Shown here: positions 36,506-46,861 of the stretch, in pieces
Position numbering within the stretch: position 1 is the first letter of the stretch
How the letters are laid out: each line of letters opens with the position of its first letter
Source: Spirochaetia bacterium
GTDB taxonomy: Bacteria; Spirochaetota; Spirochaetia; SZUA-6; Bin103
Direction of reading: 5' to 3'
DNA: 64,000 nucleotides
Assembly (NCBI GenBank): GCA_965203905.1
Contig: CBDBDQ010000005.1
Span: forward strand, 5,888,001-5,952,000
The notes under the pieces: model-generated
What the model saw: only the letters and a program-made list of their open reading frames with translations
Databases searched by the model: none
What the model was told of the DNA's origin: nothing
Made by a program: the position numbers and the translations under genes

Positions 36506-38125
36506 ATGAAGATCCCCGAGCACTCCCTTCACCACACCACCTTCGACGTGTGGCGCAGTCCCGGACGCTTCACCAAGAACCCCGACCTGGTCCGCCTGCC
36601 CTCGGGCCGCATGCTGCTGGTGTACGCCGACACCGACCGCCACTGGGCCAGCGACTACGTCATCCTGACGCTGCTGGCCAGCGACGACGGCGGCCGTACC
36701 TGGAGCAAGCAGGCCGAGGTGGCGCGCGCCGACCTGCAGGCCGGTGAAGAGCGGCTGGTCACCCCCCGCCTGAGCCGGCTCGGCGATGGCCGGCTCGTGG
36801 TCCTCTGCGACCGCGACGACGACGGCCACTTCCACCCCGATCAGCCGCCTGCCAACCTGGCCTGGTGGAGCCACGACGACGGCCGCACCTGGGGGCCGGC
36901 GCAGGAGACCGGGATCATGGGCTTCGAGCCGGACCGGATGCTGGAGCTGGGCAACGGGCAACTGGCGGTGCTGTCCCACCTGATGCGCCCCGACAGCCAG
37001 GAGTTCGCCGAGATCCTGTCGCTGTCCGACGACGGCGGAACGACGTGGCGGCAGGCGGCGGAGGTGGCACACGACGGCTACCACCGGTTCTGCGAGGGAG
37101 CGCTGGTGTTTCTCGACGGCGGCCCCGACGGCGGGCCGGGCGCGGGCGGAGAGCTGGCCTGCGTGCTGCGCGAGAACCACTCTGCCGGCATCCCCAGTTT
37201 CGTCGCCTTCTCCAATGACCACGGCGCCACCTGGTCGCCGCCGCAGATGTGCCCGTTCGCGCTGCACCGTCCCTACGCCAAGCGCCTGGCCGACGGCCGC
37301 GTGCTGGTTACCGGCCGCCACGTCAACGGGGGACTGGGCACCTACGCCTGGTGCGGCGACCTGCGCGCCGAGGCGGGCACCTACCAGGTCGGCGGGCCGC
37401 GGCGCAAGTTCGCCGCCGAGCTGCACGGGGATGCCCTGCGCATCGACAACCGTCCGGACCACGAGTGCCGCTTCAGCCTGCTGCCGCCGGAAGGAAGCCA
37501 CAGCGAGATCCTGTTTGAGGCGGAGGTGAAGGTGGATGGTGCCGAGCCGGCGGCGTTCCTCTCGATCTCGCGGCTGCGTTCCAACCGCGGCCCGGTGGAG
37601 CTGTACCTGGCCGCCGACCACCTGTCGCTGGCGGACCGGCGCCCGGCGGCCGTGGACTTTTCCCGTTTCCGCACGGTGCAGATTGCGCACCGCCGCGGAC
37701 TGCTGCAGGTCCGCGTCGATGGCGAGGTGGTGCGGTCGGCATCGGTGTTCCACGAGGAGCTGGTGCTGAGCGAGTTCATGCGCGGCGGCCCGCTGCACGC
37801 GCGCACCATGTTCGGGCAGCTCGGCGACAGCGGCAGGAGCTGGTGGCGCCGGTTGCGCTACGAGACGCGCAACCCCCGGCTCACCGACTGGCGCTGGAGC
37901 TGGGAGGCCGCGGACGGCCGGTGGCCGGACCAGTATCAACGCGACCGCCTGACCCAGGTGCACGGCAACCATCCCGAGCAGCAGCCGGGCCCGGACCACG
38001 GCTACTCCTCCTGGCTGCAACAGAAGGATGGCAGCATAGTGTTCGTCGACTACACCAACCTCGGCGACGCGGACGGCAAGAGCCACCTGGTGGGCGCCTT
38101 CATCGACCCGCAGGACCTGGCCTGA
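36506..38125 (+). CDS. Exo-alpha-sialidase-like BNR/Asp-box protein with inserted beta-sandwich region
   Basis: Asp-boxes SDDGGRTW, SHDDGRTW, SDDGGTTW, SNDHGATW; terminal DHGYS.W; ATG after GAGG. Confidence 0.86.
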   Translation: MKIPEHSLHHTTFDVWRSPGRFTKNPDLVRLPSGRMLLVYADTDRHWASDYVILTLLASDDGGRTWSKQAEVARADLQAGEERLVTPRLSRLGDGRLVVLCDRDDDGHFHPDQPPANLAWWSHDDGRTWGPAQETGIMGFEPDRMLELGNGQLAVLSHLMRPDSQEFAEILSLSDDGGTTWRQAAEVAHDGYHRFCEGALVFLDGGPDGGPGAGGELACVLRENHSAGIPSFVAFSNDHGATWSPPQMCPFALHRPYAKRLADGRVLVTGRHVNGGLGTYAWCGDLRAEAGTYQVGGPRRKFAAELHGDALRIDNRPDHECRFSLLPPEGSHSEILFEAEVKVDGAEPAAFLSISRLRSNRGPVELYLAADHLSLADRRPAAVDFSRFRTVQIAHRRGLLQVRVDGEVVRSASVFHEELVLSEFMRGGPLHARTMFGQLGDSGRSWWRRLRYETRNPRLTDWRWSWEAADGRWPDQYQRDRLTQVHGNHPEQQPGPDHGYSSWLQQKDGSIVFVDYTNLGDADGKSHLVGAFIDPQDLA

Positions 38126-38342
38126 GCACCCCCGCCTCGCGCGCCGGCACCCTGCCCATGCTCCGCAGACGAGGCGCGGCGGCGCGGCGGCACGGCCTGC
38201 CAACTTGGTTACGGCGTGCGGTTCTCGCTATACTCGGTGAGTGCATGGACCCGCCGACCTTCAACGCCGGTCATTCCGCACCTGACCCGCACTCCGGTGA
38301 GCGCGCGGCGAGTGCCCCGGACATGACCCCGGTTCCGACCGG

Positions 38343-39074
38343 ATGCCGGCAGGGGTGCATGCGAGGCCGCACCTGAGCGTGCCGCACGGCGCACCGGTCG
38401 CTGCGACGGCGGCTACCGCCGGGCCGCCTGCGGCAGCCCCCACCGTCGACATCGAAACCCTGGTGACCGAGGACGACACGCCGGTGGACATGCGCTCCGA
38501 GAAGCAGCAACGGCTGCTCACCGAGCCGCTGTACAGTTCGTGGTCCGGGCCGGGGGCCGGGCGCATGTTTCTGGCGGCGGCCAATGTGGGAGTGTTCCCG
38601 GAGCCGCGCAACCCGGCGATCGTGCCGGACGTGTTCGTGAGCCTGGACGTGCAGGTGCACGCGAATTTCTGGGACAAGGCGCACCGGTCGTACTTCGTGT
38701 GGGAGTTCGGCAAGCCGCCGGAGCTGGTGGTGGAGATCGTGTCGAACCAGAAGGGCAACGAGGTGGGGCGCAAGCGGCGGCGGCACGCGGAAATGGGAGT
38801 CGGGTACTACGTGATCCACGATCCGCTGCATCAGGTGATGGACGACGAACTGCGCGTCTACCGGTTGAGCGGCGGGAGCTATGAACGCCAGGAGTCACCG
38901 TGGTTTCCCGAGCTGCGGCTGGAACGCCAGCGTGCGGACGAGGAACGTCAGCGCGCCGAACACGTAGAGCAGTTGCTGGCGGAAGAGCGCCGGCATGCGG
39001 AGCAGGAACATCGCCGGGCCGAACGCTTGGCGGCCTTGCTGCGCCAGTCGGGGATCGACCCCGAGCAGGAGTGA
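38343..39074 (+). CDS. Uma2 (DUF820) family endonuclease with C-terminal coiled coil, possibly degenerate
   Basis: LVTEDDTPVD...EKQQRLL, VPDVF, WEFGKPPELVVEIVS, YYVIHDP, ERQRA tail; start uncertain. Confidence 0.82.
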   Translation: MPAGVHARPHLSVPHGAPVAATAATAGPPAAAPTVDIETLVTEDDTPVDMRSEKQQRLLTEPLYSSWSGPGAGRMFLAAANVGVFPEPRNPAIVPDVFVSLDVQVHANFWDKAHRSYFVWEFGKPPELVVEIVSNQKGNEVGRKRRRHAEMGVGYYVIHDPLHQVMDDELRVYRLSGGSYERQESPWFPELRLERQRADEERQRAEHVEQLLAEERRHAEQEHRRAERLAALLRQSGIDPEQE

Positions 39075-39295
39075 ACGCCCCCGTGCGGCATCGGCGGCAT
39101 GACCTGGACCCTGTCCCCCGCCCTCCGCCACGATCTCGCGCAATCGAGAGGGATTCTCCGCCAGCGGCAGGTACACGCTGCTGCGCAGGAGATTCCGGTC
39201 CAACTCCAGCGGACCGCAGCAGCCATCCATCAGGCACGTTCATTCGCGCGCAGAACGTGGCCTGAGCTCCGCCGGGAGCGGTATTCTTTGCGGCG

Positions 39296-39814
39296 ATGAC
39301 CCTGCGCGAGTTGTTCGCGGCGGTGGATGCCGCCCGCGTGCCGCTGTTGATCGGGCTGGGGGCGGTGGTGGCGCTGACCGCCCTGATCGGCCTGCTGCAC
39401 GGCCGCGGCAACGGCGGGCGGGCGCCGTGGCGCCAGTTGTACGCGTTCCTGGTGTACGCCGCCTGCGTCCCGGGCATCTTCGCCGCGGTGGCGATTGTCT
39501 ACGCCCTGCTGTTCACCGGTGAGAACCTGCTCGATCTCAACGCCGCCTCCTACCTGGCCCCGGTCGTGTCGATGGTGCTGACCCTGGGCCTGATGCGGCG
39601 CAATGTCAGCTTCGACGAGGTGCCGGGGTTCAAGCGTCTCACCGGCCTGATGACGATGATCGGCGTGACCTTCGCCATCCTGCTGGTGCTACGCAGCATG
39701 CGCGTCTGGCTGTTCTTCAGCGCCTCCCTGGGGTGGTTCTTCGTGCTGGCGGCGGCAATGTGCGTCCTGCTGATGTGGGGCAGCCGGGCGCTGTTCGGCC
39801 GCCGGCGGGATTGA
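39296..39814 (+). CDS. Hypothetical integral membrane protein (~5 TM)
   Basis: Five hydrophobic segments, coding-like GC3, TATTCT 8 nt upstream of ATG. Confidence 0.8.
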   Translation: MTLRELFAAVDAARVPLLIGLGAVVALTALIGLLHGRGNGGRAPWRQLYAFLVYAACVPGIFAAVAIVYALLFTGENLLDLNAASYLAPVVSMVLTLGLMRRNVSFDEVPGFKRLTGLMTMIGVTFAILLVLRSMRVWLFFSASLGWFFVLAAAMCVLLMWGSRALFGRRRD

Positions 39815-39905
39815 CTCGCGGCGGGCACCCCGACCTGACTCTACCCGCTTGCCGGTGTGGCGCCGAGCCCGTAGGCTGGTCGGACCCTGTCCGGAGGCAT
39901 GCAAC

Positions 39906-41255
39906 ATGACCAGTGACGCCCAGACCAGCGACTCGCTGTTGCACCGTGATCCGACCCAGCACTACCCCGTGGCGGTGCGTGGGGAGGGCATCTACCTGTA
40001 CGACGACAATGGCCGGCGCTACGTCGACGGCACCGCCGGCGCCACCAACGTGACCCTGGGCCACGGCCGCGGCCGCATCGCGGATGCCATGGCGGAGCAG
40101 GCGCGGCAACTGGCGTACTGCTTTTCCACCCAGTTCACCAATCAGCCGGCACGGCAGCTCGCGCAGCGGCTCGCGGTGCTGGCCCCCGGAGATCTCAACC
40201 ACGTCTACTTCGTCTCCGGCGGCTCGGAGGCGATCGAGACCGCCATCAAGCTGGCGCGCATGTATCACCTGCAGCGCGGTGCCAGCGGCAAGCACAAGGT
40301 GATCGCGCGCTGGCGCAGCTACCACGGCGCCACCCTCGGGGCGCTGTCCCTCACCGGGATCGTGGGCATGCGTACCCCCTACGCCCCGTGGCTGGCTGCC
40401 TTTCCCCACATTGCCACCTGCTACCCCTATCGCTGCGCCTTCGACGGCTGCGGGGAACGTTGCAACCTTACCTGTGCGCACGAGCTGGAGCGCACCATCC
40501 AGCAGGAAGGCGCGGACAATGTGGCCGCGTTCGTGGCCGAGCCGGTGGTGATGGGCGCGCTTGCGGCCGGTGCCGCGCCAGCCGAGTACTTCCAGGAAAT
40601 CCGCGCCATCTGCGACCGCCACGACGTGCTGTTCATCGCCGACGAGATCATCACCGGCATGGGCCGGACGGGGGCGTACTTCGCCATCGAGCACAGCGGG
40701 GTGGTCCCCGACATCATCACCTTTGCCAAGGGCATCAGCAGCGGCTACAGCCCGTTGGGCGGGGTGCTGTTCGCCGACCGCATCCGCGCCGAGCTGACCG
40801 CGCGCGGCGGACCGTTCCCGCATATCTTCACCGCGGTGAACAACCCGGTCTCGGCACGTGCTGGACTCGAAGTCCTCGACATCCTGGAGGAGGAGAAGAT
40901 CCTGCAGCACGTGCAGGAGCTGGGCCGCTACATCGCGCCGCGCTGGGAGCGGCTCGGAGCCCATCCGCTGGTCGGCGAGACGCGCGGCCTGGGGCTGCTG
41001 TGGGGCCTGGAGCTGGTGCGCGACAAGGCCACCCGGGAACCGTTCCCGGCCGCCGAGCGGATCTCCCCGCGCCTGACGAAGCTGCTGCTGGACCAGGGCG
41101 TATCCCTCGCGGTGCAGGCTGGCTGCTACGACTTCGTGCTCGGCGACGACGTGCGTTTCACCCCGCCGCTGATCATCTCCAGGGAGCAGGTGGACGAAGT
41201 GCTCGCCACCCTCGAATCCTGCCTCGACGCGCTGGCCGCCGAGCTGGCCGGCTGA
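39906..41255 (+). CDS. Class III PLP-dependent aminotransferase
   Basis: G.YLYD..GRRY.D, SGGSEA.E.A.K, SYHG.T, ADEIITG.GRTG, FAKG..SGY.P. Confidence 0.93.
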   Translation: MTSDAQTSDSLLHRDPTQHYPVAVRGEGIYLYDDNGRRYVDGTAGATNVTLGHGRGRIADAMAEQARQLAYCFSTQFTNQPARQLAQRLAVLAPGDLNHVYFVSGGSEAIETAIKLARMYHLQRGASGKHKVIARWRSYHGATLGALSLTGIVGMRTPYAPWLAAFPHIATCYPYRCAFDGCGERCNLTCAHELERTIQQEGADNVAAFVAEPVVMGALAAGAAPAEYFQEIRAICDRHDVLFIADEIITGMGRTGAYFAIEHSGVVPDIITFAKGISSGYSPLGGVLFADRIRAELTARGGPFPHIFTAVNNPVSARAGLEVLDILEEEKILQHVQELGRYIAPRWERLGAHPLVGETRGLGLLWGLELVRDKATREPFPAAERISPRLTKLLLDQGVSLAVQAGCYDFVLGDDVRFTPPLIISREQVDEVLATLESCLDALAAELAG

Positions 41256-41346
41256 GAAGCGGAGACGCAGCCGGCGTTGACGCTGCGCCCGCACGGGCGC
41301 ATGCTGGCGGCAGGGGTGACGGCCCATCCGCCGTGCCCGGGGGAGT

Positions 41347-42285
41347 ATGGCAATGCCGCGAGTGGTGTATCTGAATGGCGACTACGTGCCGGAAACGGAG
41401 GCGCGGATCTCCATCTTCGACTGTGCGCTGATGTACGGCGACATGGTGTTCGAGATGACGCGGGCGTTCAATCAGCGCCCGTTTCGACTGGAGCATCACC
41501 TCGACCGGTTGTACGGGTCGCTGCGCTACGCGGGGATCGACTGCGGCCTCGACCAGGCGCAGATGCTGGCCGCCACCCACGAGACCATTGAGCGCAACCT
41601 GCCGGCCGTGGGCGAACTCGACTTCCAGATCATGCACAACGTCACCCGCGGCGGCATGGACCTGTACGCGGAGCTGGTCAAGGAAGGGACCTCTTCGGTG
41701 GTGACCATCAACGTGTTTCCGCTGGTGCGACACATCGGGCGCAGCGCCGCGGTCTACGACACCGGGGCCCACTTCGTGACCCCGCGCCAGCAGTCGGTGC
41801 CGGCGCGCTTCATCGACCCCAAGGCCAAGAACCGCAGCCGCATCTTCTACAAGCTGGCGGAGCTGGAGGCGGAACGGATGGAGCCGGGAGCCATGGCCCT
41901 GCTGACCGACGAGCGCGGCTTCGTGACCGAGGGCACCGGCAACAACTTCTTCATGGCGCGGGGCGGAGAGATCTTCACGCCCAAGCCGCACGACATCCTG
42001 CGCGGCGTGTCGCGCCAGTACTGCATCGAGCTGGCGCAGGAGGCGGGGATCCCGTTGCACGAGGCGGACATCGAGCCGTACGACGTGCGCGAGGCGGACG
42101 AGGCCTGGTACACCAGCACCACCATCTGCATGCTGCCGATCACCCGCTTCGACTTCGGCCCCGTGGGCGACGGCAAGCCGGGGCCGATCTACCGCCGGCT
42201 GCTGGACGCCTGGTCGCGGAACGTGGGCGTCGACATCGAGGCCCAGGCCAAGGCGTACGGCGCGATGGCCGGCTGGCGGCCGTAG
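41347..42285 (+). CDS. Class IV PLP-dependent aminotransferase (BCAT/D-AAT-like)
   Basis: ISIFD....YGD.VFE, H.DRL, KAK.RSR, TEGTGNNFF, L.GVSR, ADEA..TST, VGDGKPGP. Confidence 0.92.
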   Translation: MAMPRVVYLNGDYVPETEARISIFDCALMYGDMVFEMTRAFNQRPFRLEHHLDRLYGSLRYAGIDCGLDQAQMLAATHETIERNLPAVGELDFQIMHNVTRGGMDLYAELVKEGTSSVVTINVFPLVRHIGRSAAVYDTGAHFVTPRQQSVPARFIDPKAKNRSRIFYKLAELEAERMEPGAMALLTDERGFVTEGTGNNFFMARGGEIFTPKPHDILRGVSRQYCIELAQEAGIPLHEADIEPYDVREADEAWYTSTTICMLPITRFDFGPVGDGKPGPIYRRLLDAWSRNVGVDIEAQAKAYGAMAGWRP

Positions 42286-42292
42286 CGCGCTC

Positions 42293-43357
42293 ATGGCAGC
42301 GACTGAGGCACTGCGCGTGGCGATGGCGGGCTGTCACCGCTCGGTGACGCCGCGGCCCGGCTCCCACAACTGGGGCGCCGCGCTGGCCCCGGCGGCAGAG
42401 GTCCGGGTGGTCGCCGCGTACGATCGCGGAGCGGAGACGCGCGCCGAGTTCCAGGCGACCTGGCGCGATACCTGGGGAGAAGTCGCACTCTACGACGACT
42501 ACCAGCGGATGCTGGACGAGGTGCGACCCGACATCGTGTGCATCGCCACCCGGCAGACCCACCACTCCGACCAGATCGTGCGCGCGGTGGCGGCGGGGGT
42601 GCGCGGGATCCTGTGCGACAAGCCGTTCGTGACCAGCCTGGCCGAGGGCGACGCCGCCCTCGAAGCGTGCCGCGGGGCCGGCGTGGCCATCGCCTACGGC
42701 ACCGAGTGGCGCTGGTCCGAGGAGTACCGCTGGCTGGCGCGCCAGGTGCGGGACGGGGCCGTCGGCACGGTACAGGCGATCCTGGCCCACGGGCTGCCCA
42801 ACCTGGTCTTCCACGGCTGCCACTGGTACGACATCGCCCTGATGCTGGTGGGCGACCCGGAGCCGGTGTGGGTCAGCGGCCGCGTCGACGAGGTGAGTCC
42901 GCAGGAACCCGACGAGGGCCGCCGCCTCGACCCTCCGGGACACGCCTGGGTGGGGCTCGCCAACGGCGCCACGCTGGCCCTGTTGCCGGAGGGAGGCGGG
43001 CGTGCCTTCACCGTTCTCGGCAGTGCCGGGCGGCTGGAGATCGTCAACGACGCCCGGCAGGCCTACCTCTGGGAGGCGCGCTCGGGCACCCCCGGCGAGA
43101 ACCTGGCCGCGGCACCGGCCAGCCTGGAGGTGCCACAGCCCACCGCGCCGTGGCCGCGCGGGCCGGCGATCGTGCGCGACCTGGTGCGGGCGGTACGCGG
43201 ATCCTCCACTACCCTGTGCGACGTGCCGCAGATCCGGCGCGCAACGGAGATCGGCTTCGCGGTCCACGAGTCGAGCGTCGCGGGCGGGGCGACCGTCAGC
43301 CTCCCGGTCTCCCACCGTACCCGACGCATCGATCCACGGGCGTGGGGCAACGACTGA
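42293..43357 (+). CDS. Gfo/Idh/MocA family oxidoreductase
   Basis: DYQRML....PDIV.IAT...H, LCDKP, G.VG, HG.H..D. Confidence 0.88.
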   Translation: MAATEALRVAMAGCHRSVTPRPGSHNWGAALAPAAEVRVVAAYDRGAETRAEFQATWRDTWGEVALYDDYQRMLDEVRPDIVCIATRQTHHSDQIVRAVAAGVRGILCDKPFVTSLAEGDAALEACRGAGVAIAYGTEWRWSEEYRWLARQVRDGAVGTVQAILAHGLPNLVFHGCHWYDIALMLVGDPEPVWVSGRVDEVSPQEPDEGRRLDPPGHAWVGLANGATLALLPEGGGRAFTVLGSAGRLEIVNDARQAYLWEARSGTPGENLAAAPASLEVPQPTAPWPRGPAIVRDLVRAVRGSSTTLCDVPQIRRATEIGFAVHESSVAGGATVSLPVSHRTRRIDPRAWGND

Positions 43358-44589
43358 TTTTTTCCTACGACTGTGCCGTGCGGCTGACCGGTACGGCCGC
43401 GACACGCTTGCCGTCCGCCACGGTTCCGTTGCGGGAGGCGGTGGGCCGCGTCACGACGCGCGCGGTGCTGAGTCTCGAGGCCTCGCCCAACGCCGACCTG
43501 GCGGCAATGGACGGCTATGCCGTGCGCGCTGCCGAGCTGTGCGACGCGGCTCCCAAGACCCCGTTCCGGCTGGAAGTGATCGGCTCGGTCGCCGCCGGAG
43601 ACGGTGCGCTGAAGGGGCAGCCGCTCGCGGCCGGAAGCGGCGCGGTGCGGATCGCCACCGGTGCGCTGCTGCCCGCCGGCTACGACACCGTGCTGCCGTT
43701 CGAACAGGTCTCGGAGACGAGCGACGGCATCGAGGTGCCCGCGCCGGCGCCGGCGGGCGCCAACGTGCGCCGCACCGGCGAGGATCACCGGCCCGGAGAC
43801 GTGGTGCTGGAAGCCGGACGCCGCATCGGCCCGTCCCACGTGCTGCTGCTGGCCAACCTGGGATGCTCCGAGGTGGAGGTGGTGCGCCGCCCGCGGGTGG
43901 CGGTCCTGGCAACCGGCAGCGAAGTGGTCGAAGACCTGTCGTTGCCGCTGCGTCCGGGCCAGGTCCGCAATTCGAATGCGCGCTACCTGCTGAGCGCCCT
44001 GGCGGTTGCCGACTGTGAGGCGAGGTCCGCGGGAACCGTCCCGGACCGGCCGGAGGCGGTCGTCGGCGCGCTGCGCCGGTTGCTGGCGGTCGATCCGCCG
44101 CCAGACCTGGTCCTGACGATCGGCGGGGTTTCGCGGGGCGCGGCCGACTTCGTGCCGGCGGCGCTGAATGCGCTGGGCGCCGAGTACCTGTTCCGCGGGG
44201 TGGCGCTGCGTCCCGGCAAGCCGGTGCTGTGGGCGCGCCTGCCCGGCAGCGGCACGCTGCTGTTCGGCCTGCCGGGCAATCCGCTGGCCGTGCTGGCCAC
44301 CTTCCGGGCGCTGGTAGTGCCCTGCCTGCGAACCCTGCAGGGCTTGCCACCGGAGCCGCCGGTTACGGCGGTGCTCGGCACCGACGTGGCCGGGCGACCG
44401 CCGCTTGCCCGGTTGCTGCTGGCCCACCCCGTCGGTTCCGCCGCCGGCGCATCGGAGCGGATCGTCCCGGCGGCCGGCCAGAAGGCGTCGCAGGTGGGTG
44501 CGTTGCGCATCGCCGACCGCTGGCTGGTGGTGCCGGCCGACCGCGCGCAGCTCCTTGCCGGCGCCGGCGTGGCCACCCTGCCCCTGTAG
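43354..44589 (+). CDS. moeA: Molybdopterin molybdotransferase
   Basis: AMDGYAV, RI.TGA.LP.G.D.V, TGSE, NSN, GGVS.G..D, PGKP, GLPGNP; start uncertain (CTG 43354 or GTG 43378). Confidence 0.88.
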   Translation: MIFSYDCAVRLTGTAATRLPSATVPLREAVGRVTTRAVLSLEASPNADLAAMDGYAVRAAELCDAAPKTPFRLEVIGSVAAGDGALKGQPLAAGSGAVRIATGALLPAGYDTVLPFEQVSETSDGIEVPAPAPAGANVRRTGEDHRPGDVVLEAGRRIGPSHVLLLANLGCSEVEVVRRPRVAVLATGSEVVEDLSLPLRPGQVRNSNARYLLSALAVADCEARSAGTVPDRPEAVVGALRRLLAVDPPPDLVLTIGGVSRGAADFVPAALNALGAEYLFRGVALRPGKPVLWARLPGSGTLLFGLPGNPLAVLATFRALVVPCLRTLQGLPPEPPVTAVLGTDVAGRPPLARLLLAHPVGSAAGASERIVPAAGQKASQVGALRIADRWLVVPADRAQLLAGAGVATLPL

Positions 44590-44605
44590 CGGAGAACGGC
44601 GGGAG

Positions 44606-46768
44606 ATGCTCAGAGGTACGGACCTCGCGCCGGGACAGGCGTTGCCGGTGGCTGCCGGTGAGCGCTGCGAATTGGGCGACGGGCTCTCCGGCACCGCCTT
44701 CCTGGTTGACTGGCAGGGAGACGGCGGCCGCGACATCCTCTATTCGCTGCTGCCCAACATGCACGGCGGCGGGGTCTACCTGTACCGCGAACGGCGCGCC
44801 GGCCGCGGCGAGGTGCCGCTGTACGACCCGCCCGCGCCGCTGGCCGAGGTGACCGGCTACCACGCGCTGCCGCTGGTGACCGACGCCGGCCAGCTCCACC
44901 TGCTGGCGTACGGCAACCCGACTCGCGATCCGGCACGCGAGGCGGATCCGGGCTGGCTCAAGCTGTACCGCAACCGCGGCCCGCGCTCGGCCCCTCGGTT
45001 CGCCGGGCCCGCGCAGCGCGTAGCCGTGGACGGCAAGGCGCTGGCCGAGGTGTTCGCGGCGGCCGACCTGTGGAATCTCAATCCCTACCGCGACCGGTCC
45101 GGCGTCACCCACCTGGTCATCTCCTGTCTCTACCAGTACGTGGTGGAGTACTGGCCCGACGTGCGCGGCACCGATCTGCGCGACTACCCCAACATGGGGG
45201 CCGGCCGCGGCTACCGCGCCGACGGCACCTGGATGGGCCGCAAGCCGACCACGCGGGTGTTCCTGCTGCGCAACGTCGGCGCCGACGAACAACCCGAGTT
45301 CGGACCGCCGGAACCGCTGGCCGAATATCGCTCCTGGGACGGCCGCACGGACGCCGCCTTGATCGACATCGACCGCGACGGCGCCCTGGAGCTGCTGGTG
45401 CGGCGCGACGTGGACCGGCTCTACGCCATGCGCCTGACCGCGAGTACGCCGGTAACGGGGCGAGACGTCGCGTCGGATTCGCCGCAGGTGCACTCTGGCA
45501 GTCGGCTCCGGCGCGAGGTCGCGTCGGGACTGCCGCGCCTGACCGCCACAGGAGAGGCCTGGGAGCTGCCCTGCAGCCCGTTGCGCCGCGGCTATTTCGA
45601 GACTTCCCTGTGCTGTTGCGATCTCGACGGCGACGGCGAGCAGGAGATTCTCATCACCGGCAACCCCGGCGTGGTGATCTGGCTGGACTACGAGGACGGC
45701 CAGTGGCGCGAGCGCCCTCCCCTGCTGCGGGTCGGCGGCGCGGCCCGCGTGGAGACGCTCGCGGTACCCTGCCTGGCGGACCTGGACGCCGGCGGCGCCC
45801 CCGACCTGGTGGTGGGCGATTCCTCCGGCTACCTCTGGCGCTTCGCCAATCGTGCGCAGGAGGCGGCGAGCTTCGACCTCGCGGCCGGAACCCGGCTCCA
45901 CGCGGGCGGCGCGGAGATCCACCATCTCGCCGGCCCGACCGGCTCCATCCAGGGCCCCAACGAGGCTCGCTGGGGCTACCTCAACCCGCTGGTCGCCGAC
46001 TGGGACGGCGACGGCCTCCTCGACGTGATCAGCAACGACATCCACGGCCGTTACCTTTGGTACCGCAACGTCGGCAGCCGCGACCGGCCGTGCTTCGCCG
46101 CGGCGCGGGCGCTGTACTGCGGCGGCGCTCCACTTACCGGTGCGTGGCGTTCTCGCCCCGCGGCCTGGGGGCCCGGCTGCCTGCTGCTGCTCAACGGCGA
46201 CGGGTTCCTGCAGCTCTTCCGGTGCACCGGTGCCGATCCGGAGCGCCTGGATGCGGGGCCGCTGTTGCGCTACCGGGACGGCAACCTGGTGCGTGGCTGC
46301 GGTCCCGGCGGCCTGTGGGGCCGCAGCGCGTTCTGCGGCTGCGACTGGGACCTGGACGGCACCCGCGACCTGGTGGCCGGAAGCGCCCGGATGAACACCC
46401 GCGTCATCAACGGCCACTTCCCCGGACTCGCCACTCCCTTCTGGCTGCGCAACGCCGGCAGCGACGCGGAGCCGGTGTTCGAGCGGCCGCGGCTCATCAC
46501 CGAGGCGGACGGCACTCCCATCAACCTGGTGTCCCACAAGTGCGCGCCGTGGTGCCATGACCTCGATGGCGACGGCGCTCCCGACCTGATCTGCGGCTCG
46601 GAGGACGGCAAGGTGTACGCCTGGCGCCGCGCCCAACTGCGCTGGGACTGGGATCCGGCTACCCGCTTCGCCACCGAACCGATCACCACCACTTCCGGCT
46701 ACGGCGTGGACCTCGCGGTCGATCCCGCGCGCGTCGATCCGGCCCGTGCCGCGCCGCCGGCCGGCTGA
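44606..46768 (+). CDS. FG-GAP/VCBS repeat beta-propeller protein
   Basis: Repeated D(W/L/I)DGDG..DL motifs with Y.N.G....P.F; no clear signal peptide. Confidence 0.86.
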   Translation: MLRGTDLAPGQALPVAAGERCELGDGLSGTAFLVDWQGDGGRDILYSLLPNMHGGGVYLYRERRAGRGEVPLYDPPAPLAEVTGYHALPLVTDAGQLHLLAYGNPTRDPAREADPGWLKLYRNRGPRSAPRFAGPAQRVAVDGKALAEVFAAADLWNLNPYRDRSGVTHLVISCLYQYVVEYWPDVRGTDLRDYPNMGAGRGYRADGTWMGRKPTTRVFLLRNVGADEQPEFGPPEPLAEYRSWDGRTDAALIDIDRDGALELLVRRDVDRLYAMRLTASTPVTGRDVASDSPQVHSGSRLRREVASGLPRLTATGEAWELPCSPLRRGYFETSLCCCDLDGDGEQEILITGNPGVVIWLDYEDGQWRERPPLLRVGGAARVETLAVPCLADLDAGGAPDLVVGDSSGYLWRFANRAQEAASFDLAAGTRLHAGGAEIHHLAGPTGSIQGPNEARWGYLNPLVADWDGDGLLDVISNDIHGRYLWYRNVGSRDRPCFAAARALYCGGAPLTGAWRSRPAAWGPGCLLLLNGDGFLQLFRCTGADPERLDAGPLLRYRDGNLVRGCGPGGLWGRSAFCGCDWDLDGTRDLVAGSARMNTRVINGHFPGLATPFWLRNAGSDAEPVFERPRLITEADGTPINLVSHKCAPWCHDLDGDGAPDLICGSEDGKVYAWRRAQLRWDWDPATRFATEPITTTSGYGVDLAVDPARVDPARAAPPAG

Positions 46769-46861
46769 GCTGCCGCGTCATACGACAACCTCACGACAAC
46801 CCCGAGGCAGTTGCAGGGATCAGGCTTTTCCGCAAAGCTCAACTCACGCGGGCGCGCTCGA

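Noticed and set aside
39075-39295. Short ORFs between Uma2 and the membrane protein
   Set aside because: No recognisable motif on either strand; may be a remnant but cannot be supported.
45455-45545. Small internal duplication in the FG-GAP gene (RDVASDSP / REVASGLP); similar Ala/Gly-rich inserts in the 48050 ATPase and hydantoinase A
   Set aside because: In-frame low-complexity loop expansions common in high-GC genes; no shared element detected.
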